From positions 25,635 to 85,677 of the forward strand of contig DBYV01000044.1 in NCBI GenBank assembly GCA_002310995.1: DNA of 60,043 nucleotides. The letters run 5' to 3'. Source of the stretch: a bacterium UBP6_UBA1177 (GTDB lineage Bacteria > UBP6 > UBA1177). The notes under the pieces were generated by a model. That model had not been told where the DNA came from, searched no databases, and was given only the letters and a program-made list of their open reading frames with translations. Positions 29,503 to 38,778 of the stretch are shown here, one piece after another (positions within the stretch are counted from its first letter, which is position 1; each line of letters opens with the position of its first letter). Position numbers and translations under genes: made by a program.

Positions 29503-30171
29503 TCAACCGAAGTAGGGGGTTCGCCTCGCAAGTGTGAGCCCGTTCACGCTTTTCGCTCCGTTTTTTTTCAAAAGTTTCGCTATTTCTTCAATGGTTGAAG
29601 CGGTCGTGCAGACATCGTCTACGATCAGAAAATTTTCTCCTTTGACGCTTCGTGTGAGGGCGAAGGCGTCTTTCAGGTTTTTTGTCCTCTCTTCGTAGTC
29701 AAGTCCTGCCTGATGCGCGGTTTTTCGCATTTTTTTCAGTAACTTGGGGTCAAATTTCAAGTCGTGCGCTTTAGCCACTCTGTCGGCTAAAATCTCGGCT
29801 TGGTTGAAAGAACGCAGAAGTTTGTCGAGAAATCTCATCGGTGGAAAGATGACAGTGCGCTTTTCAATAAGTTTGAGAGGCGCGTTTTCTGCAAGGTATC
29901 GCCCTAAAATTTCGGCGATGCTTTTCACTTTACCGTATTTCATCTCCGAAATCAGTTTTGAAATGCTTCCGCTGTAGATAAAAAGCGAAAATATTTTATC
30001 AAAATGGAGCTTTTTCCCTTTGCAGGAACAGCATCTTTCTTCACTTGGAGTGAGGGTGAAATTCCCGCATTTAGGGCATCTTCTTTCGCAGAAAAGGGCG
30101 AATTTTGCACATTCCTTACATAAAAATTCTTTATTTTCGGTTCTGCTTCCGCAAATTAAACAGGCGTTCAT
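29503..30171 (-). CDS. comF: ComF-family protein (zinc ribbon + phosphoribosyltransferase)
   Basis: CLIC/CKEC/CPKC/CCSC, SFNQAE, LIVDDVCTTAST. Confidence 0.9.
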   Translation of the reverse strand: MNACLICGSRTENKEFLCKECAKFALFCERRCPKCGNFTLTPSEERCCSCKGKKLHFDKIFSLFIYSGSISKLISEMKYGKVKSIAEILGRYLAENAPLKLIEKRTVIFPPMRFLDKLLRSFNQAEILADRVAKAHDLKFDPKLLKKMRKTAHQAGLDYEERTKNLKDAFALTRSVKGENFLIVDDVCTTASTIEEIAKLLKKNGAKSVNGLTLARRTPYFG

Positions 30172-30278
30172 TTTTAAATATCAGATAAATTCATTTGCTT
30201 ATATATGAAAAAATATTTAAATCAATAAATTGGTTCGCAGATTTTTCGCTACGCTCAAAATGACGAAATTGTCTTTTT

Positions 30279-30306
30279 TTGACTTGCATTTTCTATACCT
30301 TATAAT
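30279..30306 (+). promoter_or_regulatory. Sigma70-like promoter
   Basis: TTGACT-N16-TATAAT then ttGCGG and a T-rich leader. Confidence 0.65.
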
Positions 30307-30337
30307 TTGCGGCTTTGTTGTTTTTAAGGAGTTTTTT

Positions 30338-32575
30338 ATGGATAAAATATCGTCAAAATCATCGTTTCATTCTTTGATTCTTGAACATCCGCGCATTTTT
30401 TTAGCTATACTTTCGGCGCTTTTCTTTCTGCCTCTGCTCGGAAGTTACCCTGTTTTAGGGCAGTGGGAGCCGCATTACGGCAGAGTCGCGATGGAAATGA
30501 TGGCGAATGGTTCGTGGGACTGGTTCCTTGATCCGGTATATCTCGGAAAGCACAACTTCTGGTCGAAGCCGATTTTCTGTTTCTGGATGGTTTTTCCGTT
30601 TATGAAGATTTTCGGCCCGACAGAACTCGCTTTAAGGCTTCCTTTCGCGATAAACGGCATATTTTTTGTTTTATTGGTCCATTTTATCGCAGAAAAAATT
30701 CTTAAAGATCCGCTGAAGGCTCTTATTGCAGCTTTTGTAACGATTTTTACACCTTACACCTACATGATTTCGAGACAATTCATGTGGGATATAACTTTTG
30801 TGACATTTTTGACCGGCGCGATAGGTTTTCTCTACATCGGGCAGCGCGATAAAGACAAAAAACTGATCCGTCTTTCGTATCTTTTCATGGGGCTCGGAAT
30901 GCTCACGAAAGGGTTGCTTGCTGTCTGCTTTCCAGTTGCGGCAATGATTCTATGGATGATTGCAACTCTTGATTATTCCAAGGGATTTAAGGCTGTAATA
31001 AAAGATGCACTTGAGTTTGTGATGTCTCTCAGACCGTTTGAAGGTGCAGCGATTTTCCTTATCGTTTCGCTTCCGTGGTATATCTACATGGGGGTAAAGC
31101 ACGGAGCACCTTTCTACAACGAGTTTTTCATGGAGCATCACTTTGGCAGGCTTGAAGGAAAGATTGACAAGCCCGACGGTCCTTTTGAATTTTACATCTG
31201 GCAGCTTTCTTTAGGAGCATTTCCGTGGGTCGCATTCCTGATTCCAGCTCTTTTTTCTGCGGCTGGAAAAGTTAGAAAAAATAAAGACTTGGCTTTTATG
31301 CTGCTCACATTTTTCTTCATTTTTCTTTTTTTCACCCTTTCTGCTACAAAGTTCCCGCACTACGTTTTCCCAGTAGTGCCTTTCATGGTGATGATTCTTG
31401 CTGAAGGTTTCGTTGATCTGCTGAGAAGCGAGCGCACGGCAAAGGTTTATCCGATTATCGGCGTTGTGTCGGCGTTTTTTCTCATTCTGATAGGGAAGGA
31501 TATTGCTACAGGTCTCAACTATGCCGACATGATTTACCTCATAACCACTCATCACGTCCAGACATGGTTCGGGCGCGTTTTTGATCCTGTCCCGGTTCTT
31601 ACTGTCTTTCTTCCGATTATGGCTCTTTTTATAGCACTGCCGGTTGTTAAACCCGACAAAAAGATTCTTTTCAATATTTCCGCAGCTGCTTTTACACTTG
31701 TTGCTGTCGTATGGTCTGGGTACATAAATTTTGTCTGGGTTCCCAATATGCTTGAAGTTTTCACGCCGAAGCACCTCGTTGAAAAATACTTTGAAATGAA
31801 GAAGCCGGGCGACAAAATGGTCGATTTTCACAACTGGAAAAACAGGTCTATGTATTTTTATCTAGGGCTTGACGAAGAACTTCACCGTTATACAAAAGTC
31901 GAGCAGATTCAGGTACTTATTGAAAAAAATCCCAATAATACTGTTTTTATAACAACAAAAAAGGATAAAGTTTCCGGACTTCGAGCGGCACTTTTGAATA
32001 AACCCGGAATTGCAATAACAAAAGTTGCCGACGATGCAGTAGACACTTACATGGAAATTGAAATGTACACAGCTTCGATGAAGGATAAAAACGCCGATAT
32101 GTCGGAAAAGTGGAAGAAAAATCTCCTCGAAGAATCGCAGATTCCGACAAATATCAAAAGAGTAAACGGAACTTTAGGCAATAACACCATTGAAATCATA
32201 GGCTATGAAATTAACAATCAGCGTTTTGACCCGGGTGATGAAATTGAGCTCACACTTTACTACAAAGTCATGAAAGAGATGGACAAGAACTGGAAAGTTT
32301 TCTTCCACTTCGATGTTTACAGCGGCGCTCTGCCACATTCGTTCAAGCTTGACGACTATCCTCAGCAGGGTTATCTGCCGACAACAAAGTGGACGCCGGG
32401 AATGATTCTGAAAGATACTTTCAAAGTTACGGTTCCAAGAGAGCATCCTGGCGGAGGAGTCAAGATATATACCGGATTTTACGAAGAAAATGACAGAATG
32501 GATGTTGATAAGGAATCATTCAATGACGGTCAGAAACGGTTTATTTTGGGAACATTCAGCGTGAATATAAAGTAA
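30338..32575 (+). CDS. ArnT/PMT_2 family glycosyltransferase (GT39-like) with C-terminal extracytoplasmic domain
   Basis: WEPHYGRVAMEM, SKPIFCFW, RLPFA, LTKG, many transmembrane segments; ATG 30338 after an AAGGAG RBS. Confidence 0.85.
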   Translation: MDKISSKSSFHSLILEHPRIFLAILSALFFLPLLGSYPVLGQWEPHYGRVAMEMMANGSWDWFLDPVYLGKHNFWSKPIFCFWMVFPFMKIFGPTELALRLPFAINGIFFVLLVHFIAEKILKDPLKALIAAFVTIFTPYTYMISRQFMWDITFVTFLTGAIGFLYIGQRDKDKKLIRLSYLFMGLGMLTKGLLAVCFPVAAMILWMIATLDYSKGFKAVIKDALEFVMSLRPFEGAAIFLIVSLPWYIYMGVKHGAPFYNEFFMEHHFGRLEGKIDKPDGPFEFYIWQLSLGAFPWVAFLIPALFSAAGKVRKNKDLAFMLLTFFFIFLFFTLSATKFPHYVFPVVPFMVMILAEGFVDLLRSERTAKVYPIIGVVSAFFLILIGKDIATGLNYADMIYLITTHHVQTWFGRVFDPVPVLTVFLPIMALFIALPVVKPDKKILFNISAAAFTLVAVVWSGYINFVWVPNMLEVFTPKHLVEKYFEMKKPGDKMVDFHNWKNRSMYFYLGLDEELHRYTKVEQIQVLIEKNPNNTVFITTKKDKVSGLRAALLNKPGIAITKVADDAVDTYMEIEMYTASMKDKNADMSEKWKKNLLEESQIPTNIKRVNGTLGNNTIEIIGYEINNQRFDPGDEIELTLYYKVMKEMDKNWKVFFHFDVYSGALPHSFKLDDYPQQGYLPTTKWTPGMILKDTFKVTVPREHPGGGVKIYTGFYEENDRMDVDKESFNDGQKRFILGTFSVNIK

Positions 32576-33063
32576 TGGAAGAGAAAAAGAATAACAAAGC
32601 AATTCATATCGCCTTATTTTCTCTTGTTATAATTGTTCTTTTGTTCAACGTATTTTCCTATTTTGGCGCGTCAATAATGCTGCCGGGACGTGAACTCCGC
32701 GAAATTTCAGGCTTAGATCCTCAGACCAACAGAAATGCTCGGATAGATCTTTCAAAAGGGACAGTTATTCTCAACATCTGGGCGACGTGGTGTGGAGCGT
32801 GCATTTCTGAAATGCCGGAACTCAACAAAGTTGCTGCAAAACATAAAGTTTTCGGCGTAATAAAACCCGTTTTCAAATACGAAGTTTACCGTGATGTAGC
32901 ACCTAAATTTAAAAGCGTAATCGCACAGGATGAATTTTTTGAAGATCTCTATATTTCCGTTCTTCCCACGACTCTTCTCATTAAGGACGGCGTGATAAAG
33001 AAAGTTCATGTCGGAACGATAACGCCAGATTTTATCGAAGAGTGGATAAAAAACGCTGAATAA
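32575..33063 (+). CDS. TlpA-like thioredoxin/disulfide reductase
   Basis: N-terminal anchor, LNIWATWCGACISEMP, LPTT. Confidence 0.85.
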   Translation: MEEKKNNKAIHIALFSLVIIVLLFNVFSYFGASIMLPGRELREISGLDPQTNRNARIDLSKGTVILNIWATWCGACISEMPELNKVAAKHKVFGVIKPVFKYEVYRDVAPKFKSVIAQDEFFEDLYISVLPTTLLIKDGVIKKVHVGTITPDFIEEWIKNAE

Positions 33064-33120
33064 GCGAATTTCATTTCAGAAATTTTCAAAATAGGTATAA
33101 TCTTCCGGTTTTATTTTGAG

Positions 33121-35049
33121 GTGTTCTTGAGATTTCCGCCGCTTTTCTTAGGTTTTTCAACGATTTTCTGGGGTTTTTGCGCCGGATGGGAAGTGTTTTC
33201 GATTGCGGCTGCTCTGATTTTTGAAGCTTCATACATTGTGAAAACGAGGTTTGACCTGCAGAAAAAGGATTTTATCCGGATCTCCGATTTAAGTTCTCTC
33301 GTTATGTTTATTCTCCTTTTCTATTCGTATGTTGAGAACGAGCCGAGGGTGATTTTTCTGAAATTCATAACGACTGTTCCGATAATTTTCATGCCGCTGC
33401 TTTTCGCACAGCTTTTCAGCACTTCTGACAAGGTTGTGATAGGAACTAAATTTGGTAAAAACATTCATGCCCATGCGCCGGTCGATATAAGGACTCTCTA
33501 TATTCTCTCTATACTTTTTGCGACTGCAGCGTCAAATATAAAAAGTGTCTGGTTTGTTGTTCTGTTTATGATTATAATATTTGTCTCTCTCTCTGGTGTT
33601 GTCAAAGATTCAAAGTCGTTGAAACGCTATATTTCTTTTTGTCTAACAGTTGTTTTTATTACGGTTTTGATAGGCGGAATAGTTGTTGGCGGTCATTTTC
33701 TCATAAGTCGAAAAATGATGCAGTGGTATAATGACTGGTATACCTCTTTATCTTCAGATCCTTTCAGAACTTCGACATCGATGGGAGAAATCGGAAATTT
33801 GAAACAGTCAGGAGAAATAGTGCTCAGAGCTTATCCTGAAGAACCTTCTTTGCCGTTGTATTTGAAGCAGTCTGATTACAATATTATAGTTGGAAATACA
33901 TGGTATTCGCGCCCGAAAAAAACGAATTCTGTTTTTCCTGCAAGCGATATGGAATGGCAGTTTTTCGGGGAAGGCGAGGGTGAAAAAAAGATGAAAATTT
34001 CGACCTGGATGAGTAAGAAACAGGGCGAAGGTGTTATCCCTCTGCCAGACGGAGCGAAAAGGGCGATTGAACTTGATGTTGCAGGTATAGAAATAAGCGC
34101 TTTGGGTGCGGTTTATGTCGAGGAAGGTCCTGAACTTCTTGAATTTACGATAACTTACGATCCTGAAAACAGTTTTGAACCTTTGCCGCACAGGTCAGAT
34201 CTTTTTATTCCGAAAGAAGAGCGGGATATAATAGACGATGTTATGCAGAAAAACGGCTTGACCGGTGTGACGCCTGAAGAAACCTTACAGAATATCGAGC
34301 GTTTTTTTGCAAGTTTCAACTATACGCTGGAACAGAAAAACAGGGCAGGGGGATCTTATCTGGATGATTTCCTTAACAATACGCACTCAGGTCACTGTGA
34401 ATACTTTGCAACAGCTACGGTTCTTATGCTCAGAAATGCCGGAATAGCAGCTAGATACCGTACTGGATTCATGCTTGACGAGTACGATAGTTTTGAAAAC
34501 GCGCTTCTTGCTAGAAAACGCGATGCTCATGCCTGGGTAACGGCTTACATCGGCGACAGATGGGTAACGATTGACACAACTCCGCCCCAGTGGAAACTTG
34601 CAGATTCTGAGGGGAAATCGTTTTTCGAACCTGTTGAAGATTTTATGGCATGGATAAAAATGAAATATGAGAACTACAGAAGAAAAAAGAGCGATGAATT
34701 TAATAAAATTCTGATTGCCGCTGCTTCGTTCCTTACTGTTTTTCTGATGGTCAGGGTTTATCTCCGTAAAAGGCGCGTTAAAAAAGATAAAGTCGTGGAA
34801 AAACAGCTTTACGAAATTACGGGCAGTGATTCACCGCTTTACGATATTCTCGATTTTTACGAAAAATCAGGCCTTAAAAGAGAGGACAACGAAACATTGC
34901 GCCGTTTCATCGCAAAAAATAAAATCGATATCGGTGAAATCGCAAAACTTCACGAGGAACTCCGCTTCGACACAGCTGCCGACAAAGCTTCTCTTATGTC
35001 AGAACTCATAAAAAAATACGAAGATTGGAAAAAATCCCAAGAAGGGTAA
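33121..35049 (+). CDS. Transglutaminase-like (TgpA-type) membrane protein
   Basis: N-terminal transmembrane bundle; triad motifs GHCEYFA, AHAWV, IDTTP; GTG start. Confidence 0.88.
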   Translation: MFLRFPPLFLGFSTIFWGFCAGWEVFSIAAALIFEASYIVKTRFDLQKKDFIRISDLSSLVMFILLFYSYVENEPRVIFLKFITTVPIIFMPLLFAQLFSTSDKVVIGTKFGKNIHAHAPVDIRTLYILSILFATAASNIKSVWFVVLFMIIIFVSLSGVVKDSKSLKRYISFCLTVVFITVLIGGIVVGGHFLISRKMMQWYNDWYTSLSSDPFRTSTSMGEIGNLKQSGEIVLRAYPEEPSLPLYLKQSDYNIIVGNTWYSRPKKTNSVFPASDMEWQFFGEGEGEKKMKISTWMSKKQGEGVIPLPDGAKRAIELDVAGIEISALGAVYVEEGPELLEFTITYDPENSFEPLPHRSDLFIPKEERDIIDDVMQKNGLTGVTPEETLQNIERFFASFNYTLEQKNRAGGSYLDDFLNNTHSGHCEYFATATVLMLRNAGIAARYRTGFMLDEYDSFENALLARKRDAHAWVTAYIGDRWVTIDTTPPQWKLADSEGKSFFEPVEDFMAWIKMKYENYRRKKSDEFNKILIAAASFLTVFLMVRVYLRKRRVKKDKVVEKQLYEITGSDSPLYDILDFYEKSGLKREDNETLRRFIAKNKIDIGEIAKLHEELRFDTAADKASLMSELIKKYEDWKKSQEG

Positions 35050-35053
35050 AAAT

Positions 35054-35087
35054 ATCTAAATTTCAAAATCGTTCAATAAAATTAGAT
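35054..35087. repeat. 34-bp direct repeat, left copy (ORF6N cassette)
   Basis: atctaaatttcaaaatcgttcaataaaattagat; 32/34 identical to 36128-36161. Confidence 0.92.
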
Positions 35088-35117
35088 AGTTAGATTTTTG
35101 TTCAAGGCGTGTTTTTC

Positions 35118-35963
35118 TCACAAAACAAGTTCAGGATTACTCAACAGATTTTCAATCAGCGGTTTATAAATAGCATTGTCTGCTGTTATTGTAATAGAAC
35201 AGACTTTGTTTCCTGCATCCTTTGACGATGCTCCGCAGTGGTAAATTTTTTCATTTTCAGTGCCGAAATCAAGAATGATGTATCGATCATGCAAAATGCC
35301 GTTTGTTTCTTTTGCTTCAGCATAAATCTGCTGATAAGCAAGATCAGCTTCGACAACTTTTCCATTTAAAAAGAGAAAATCCTTTTTTATTTCGTTGTTG
35401 CTGAAGTCTTCAATAATTTTAATAACATCGGTTTTTGTAACCATACTATCTTCAATTCCTTGAATCTTTTCGGACAGCAAATCCTGTCTGCTTTGCAGAA
35501 GTTTAAGTTCCTGATACGGAATCAGCTGGGCGTTATGCCTGACATAATGCGCGATTTCGACAAAAACATTGATAATCTGAATACTCGCCGCAATAGCTCT
35601 CGGAGTGTGTAAAACGGATGTAAGCATTGTTAATCCATGTTCGCTGTAAACAGTAGGGTTGTTGCTTCGACCACCTTTAATGCCCTTTGTCTGCATCGGT
35701 ATTCCAATTTGGAATAGCGATATTTCCTGATCAGTAGGTGTAAAACAGAAATTTTCTGGAAATCTTTCAATATTTCTGTTTTTTGCTTTATTCAGATTTC
35801 CAGTTGTAACACCGAAATATGCAGCAATATCTCTGTCTAACATAACACGTATTCCGCGAATCTCGTAAATCTGTGATTTCACTTTGTTTTTATCTATTGA
35901 CTCAAATAACTCCAGCTCGTTTTTCGAGCTAAAATTTTCATGTTCCGGCAAATTATTTTCCAT
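35118..35963 (-). CDS. ORF6N (KilA-N-like) domain protein, probably carrying an internal in-frame deletion
   Basis: IYEIRGIRVMLDRDIA...NIERFPENFCF...YSEHG; C-terminal HDRYIILD...CGASSKDAG. Confidence 0.8.
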   Translation of the reverse strand: MENNLPEHENFSSKNELELFESIDKNKVKSQIYEIRGIRVMLDRDIAAYFGVTTGNLNKAKNRNIERFPENFCFTPTDQEISLFQIGIPMQTKGIKGGRSNNPTVYSEHGLTMLTSVLHTPRAIAASIQIINVFVEIAHYVRHNAQLIPYQELKLLQSRQDLLSEKIQGIEDSMVTKTDVIKIIEDFSNNEIKKDFLFLNGKVVEADLAYQQIYAEAKETNGILHDRYIILDFGTENEKIYHCGASSKDAGNKVCSITITADNAIYKPLIENLLSNPELVL

Positions 35964-36127
35964 ATACAGTCATCCCCAAGAAACAATTTTTTAACAACAT
36001 GCTTATACTATAATTTAAGTTTTTATCAATAAATTTTGATTTTAAATTAAAAATTGTCGTCTTTTCGTGGCGACACAACGCAATCACCACTCGCATTTCC
36101 TCATTCTCCGAATCAACATTGTCTAAC

Positions 36128-36161
36128 ATCTAAATTTCGAAATCATTCAATAAAATTAGAT
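36128..36161. repeat. 34-bp direct repeat, right copy (ORF6N cassette)
   Basis: atctaaatttcgaaatcattcaataaaattagat; preceded by GTCTAAC. Confidence 0.92.
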
Positions 36162-36187
36162 GAATTCAAAAAAACTTCATTTTTTAT

Positions 36188-36215
36188 TTGCATTTCAAGA
36201 TTTTTTCTGCATAAT
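36188..36215 (+). promoter_or_regulatory. Sigma70-like promoter of the methyltransferase locus
   Basis: TTGCAT-N16-CATAAT. Confidence 0.5.
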
Positions 36216-36247
36216 TAACGAAGTGTTTTTTAGTCAGGGGATAATCC

Positions 36248-36355
36248 ATGAAAACAGCAAAACCATTTGTAAAGTGGGTCGGTGGCAAGAGCCAATTGTT
36301 GGAAGCAATAAGAACAAAATATCCCGAAAATATTGAGAAATATTAAAAGCCTTTT
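36248..36355 (+). pseudogene. 5' remnant of a Dam/DpnM-type adenine methyltransferase
   Basis: Manual translation MKTAKPFVKWVGGKSQLLEAIRTKYPENIEKY*KPF matches the Dam start (KPFxKWxGGK...YxEPF), then stops. Confidence 0.85.
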
Positions 36356-36445
36356 CGTGCTTGGTAGTTCCCCAAAATAAATTTGATAAAATATTGTTTC
36401 TGAATAGATTGGATCGTTTTTATTCATCTTTTAAGGAGTAGATGT

Positions 36446-37372
36446 ATGAATTGTTTGGCAGATAGCATATTCAGCTGTTTTAAAAATCAGCCTGAATTTA
36501 CATTGAAATCAGCTTATGAACAGTATTCAGACAAACCAAAAGAAACTGTCAGAGCTAGAATTTATGATAATTTAGGTGTTAAATTTGAGCGCGTTGCAAA
36601 AGGCCTTTATCGCACGATACAAGGAGAAGAAACCTGTGTCGTTATTGAGGGCGACGGACGAGATTTGTCTATGTTTAAAGATAAATCTATTGATTGTATT
36701 TTGACAGATCATCCATGGTTGGATTTGAAATCAAATAAAGGCGGAGACAGAGCTTTCGCGGAATACGAATGCTTTGAATATACACTTAAAGATTTTGAAG
36801 AAAAAAGCAGAATCTTAAAAGATGGTTGTTTTCTTGTTGAAATACTTCCTGCTGAAAATGAAAATAATTACAAGTACTTATACAAAATCAAAGAATATGC
36901 TGAAAAAGCAGGATTGTTTTATTATGCTAAAGTAACATGGAAAAAAGGTGACTTTGTCAGCAATACTGGTAGAAAAGCAAAGAACTCGCAGGATGTAATG
37001 TTCTTTTCCAAAGGTAAAGCTAGAAATATGCGGTTGGATGTAAAGAAAACTCAGAAATTAGGATATGATTGCTATATGAGCGGAACTTTGAAGATGTTGC
37101 CTACAATGTTTGATATTCCGCCAGTTTCCAAAAAGGATAAAATACATCAAAGCGAATTGCCTCTGACACTATGTGAAGAAATTTTGCGATATATTACTTA
37201 TCAAGGAGAGATAGTACTTGATTCTTTTGCTGGGAGCGGAGTTGTCGGAGAAGCCGCTTTGAATTTGAAGAGAAATTGCATTTTAATAGAAATTGCTAAG
37301 GAAAATATCAAAAAAATACAAAAAAGATTTTCGGAAAATATAAATTTCAGGGAAGATTTAGCGTTTTTATAA
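36446..37372 (+). CDS. Site-specific DNA methyltransferase (N6/N4, beta class) with N-terminal wHTH-like extension
   Basis: Motif IV variant ILTDHPW precedes motif I VLDSFAGSG; HQSELP. Confidence 0.85.
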   Translation: MNCLADSIFSCFKNQPEFTLKSAYEQYSDKPKETVRARIYDNLGVKFERVAKGLYRTIQGEETCVVIEGDGRDLSMFKDKSIDCILTDHPWLDLKSNKGGDRAFAEYECFEYTLKDFEEKSRILKDGCFLVEILPAENENNYKYLYKIKEYAEKAGLFYYAKVTWKKGDFVSNTGRKAKNSQDVMFFSKGKARNMRLDVKKTQKLGYDCYMSGTLKMLPTMFDIPPVSKKDKIHQSELPLTLCEEILRYITYQGEIVLDSFAGSGVVGEAALNLKRNCILIEIAKENIKKIQKRFSENINFREDLAFL

Positions 37373-37382
37373 AGGTGACAAA

Positions 37383-38138
37383 ATGAAAAAAATGACCCAA
37401 GCCGAAGCAGTAGTGCAAACATTAGAACGCTTAGGTGGAATTGCAACTTTAGGACAACTGAATCAGGAAGTTTTTTGTATTGAAGATTGTGAATGGAAAA
37501 CGAAAACGCCGTTTGCTTCAATAAGAAGAATTGTCCAAACAGATAATCGAATTTATAAAATTAAACCAGGACTTTGGGCATTGAAAACATATCGAAAACA
37601 GCTTGAACAACGCGGAATAATTACAGAAAATGAATTAAATCAAAACTCAACAGAAGTGCAGGAATTCAATCATTCATACTATCAGGGTTTGTTACTTTCA
37701 ATAGGAAATATTAAGGGATTGGGAACTTATGCACCGAATCAAGACAAAAATAAAAGTTTTGCTAACGGAAAAATAGATGATTTGCGTTCCATTCAATCAA
37801 TTCCTGCTTTTTCTTACGAGCAGCTTGTAAAAAGAAGTTCTACAATTGATGTTATCTGGTTTAATGAAAGAACAATGCCAGATTCTTTTTTTGAGGTTGA
37901 ACATTCAACGGATATTACGAATTCACTGCAAAAATATAATGATTTGCAGGATTTTCATACTAAGATGTATATCGTGGCAGATAAAAGAAGAGAGGAGGAA
38001 TTCTGGAACAAATTTGCTTATGCTTCTTTTGAGAAATTGAAAAGTGAAAATCGTGTGAAATTTTTAAGTTATGGAGAGTTGGACGATCAATATCAACAAG
38101 CTGTTAAACTTCAGTCTATAAATACTGTTATATTATGA
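37383..38138 (+). CDS. Putative PD-(D/E)xK-type nuclease with N-terminal wHTH (restriction-like)
   Basis: KTKTPFASIRRIVQ HTH-like region; IDVIW...FFEVEHS acidic active-site-like motif; sits among methyltransferase genes. Confidence 0.55.
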   Translation: MKKMTQAEAVVQTLERLGGIATLGQLNQEVFCIEDCEWKTKTPFASIRRIVQTDNRIYKIKPGLWALKTYRKQLEQRGIITENELNQNSTEVQEFNHSYYQGLLLSIGNIKGLGTYAPNQDKNKSFANGKIDDLRSIQSIPAFSYEQLVKRSSTIDVIWFNERTMPDSFFEVEHSTDITNSLQKYNDLQDFHTKMYIVADKRREEEFWNKFAYASFEKLKSENRVKFLSYGELDDQYQQAVKLQSINTVIL

Positions 38139-38590
38139 TTTCCTGCAAATTTTTTACTCATTCAACGGAATTTCTTTTGTGGGCGAGAAAAAGTAAGAAA
38201 GTATCGCATTATTATAATTATGAGTTGATGAAAGAAATCAACGGCGGAACGCAGATGCGGGATTTATGGACTCTTCCTGCTATTGCAAGATGGGAAAAAT
38301 TGTGCGGAAAGCATCCGACACAAAAGCCGTTGCCGTTGCTTGCTCGTATAATTCTTGCTTCAACGCATGAAAACGAATGGATTTTAGACCCGTTTACAGG
38401 CTCAAGCACAACAGGAATCGCGGCAAGCCTGCTTGGTCGTAAATTTGTAGGAATCGACAAGGAAAAAGAATATGTCGAACTCTCAAAAAGGCGCAGAATC
38501 GAGATCGAAGATCCTGCTAAAAGAGAGGAGTATCGCAACAGAATCGCACGATATAACAATCAACCTTTGTTAGAAATCCAAGAAATATAA
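38135..38590 (+). pseudogene. 3' half of a DpnA-type (beta class) methyltransferase
   Basis: ISCKFFTHSTE, GKHPTQKP, ILDPFTGSSTTG present; the N-terminal DPPY half is missing. Confidence 0.8.
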
Positions 38591-38670
38591 TAAAACTGCC
38601 GAAGATTTAGTTCTAAATTCTGAGCAAAAGACGACATATTGCGTTTGTATCAAATTTTTTCCACAACATC

Positions 38671-38698
38671 TTGACTTTTTCTTAAGATTATGTAAACT
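38671..38698 (+). promoter_or_regulatory. Sigma70-like promoter of the AbiTii operon
   Basis: TTGACT-N16-TAAACT. Confidence 0.55.
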
Positions 38699-38778
38699 AA
38701 CCGTAATTTAATCCATTGGAGGTGGGCATTGGAATTGAAGGTTAGTAGAGGTGTAGGATTGATTGATGGAGGCGAAAA

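Noticed and set aside
31211-31831. 206-aa minus-strand ORF
   Set aside because: Antisense to the ArnT-like gene.
18944-38629. Octamer TCTAAATT recurring near several junctions (18944, 28861, 28878, 35055, 36129, 38622)
   Set aside because: AT-rich 8-mer in AT-rich intergenic DNA, and two hits belong to one repeat pair; enrichment cannot be shown without a background model.
36054-38650. Short inverted match TGTCGTCTTTT / AAAAGACGACA around the methyltransferase locus as transposon ends
   Set aside because: Only 11 bp, with no target duplication or transposase.
38671-38698. dif site (TTATGTAAACT at 38688-38698 equals the Bacillus XerD arm)
   Set aside because: No XerC-like arm 6 bp upstream; the sequence is explained as the -10 region of a promoter.
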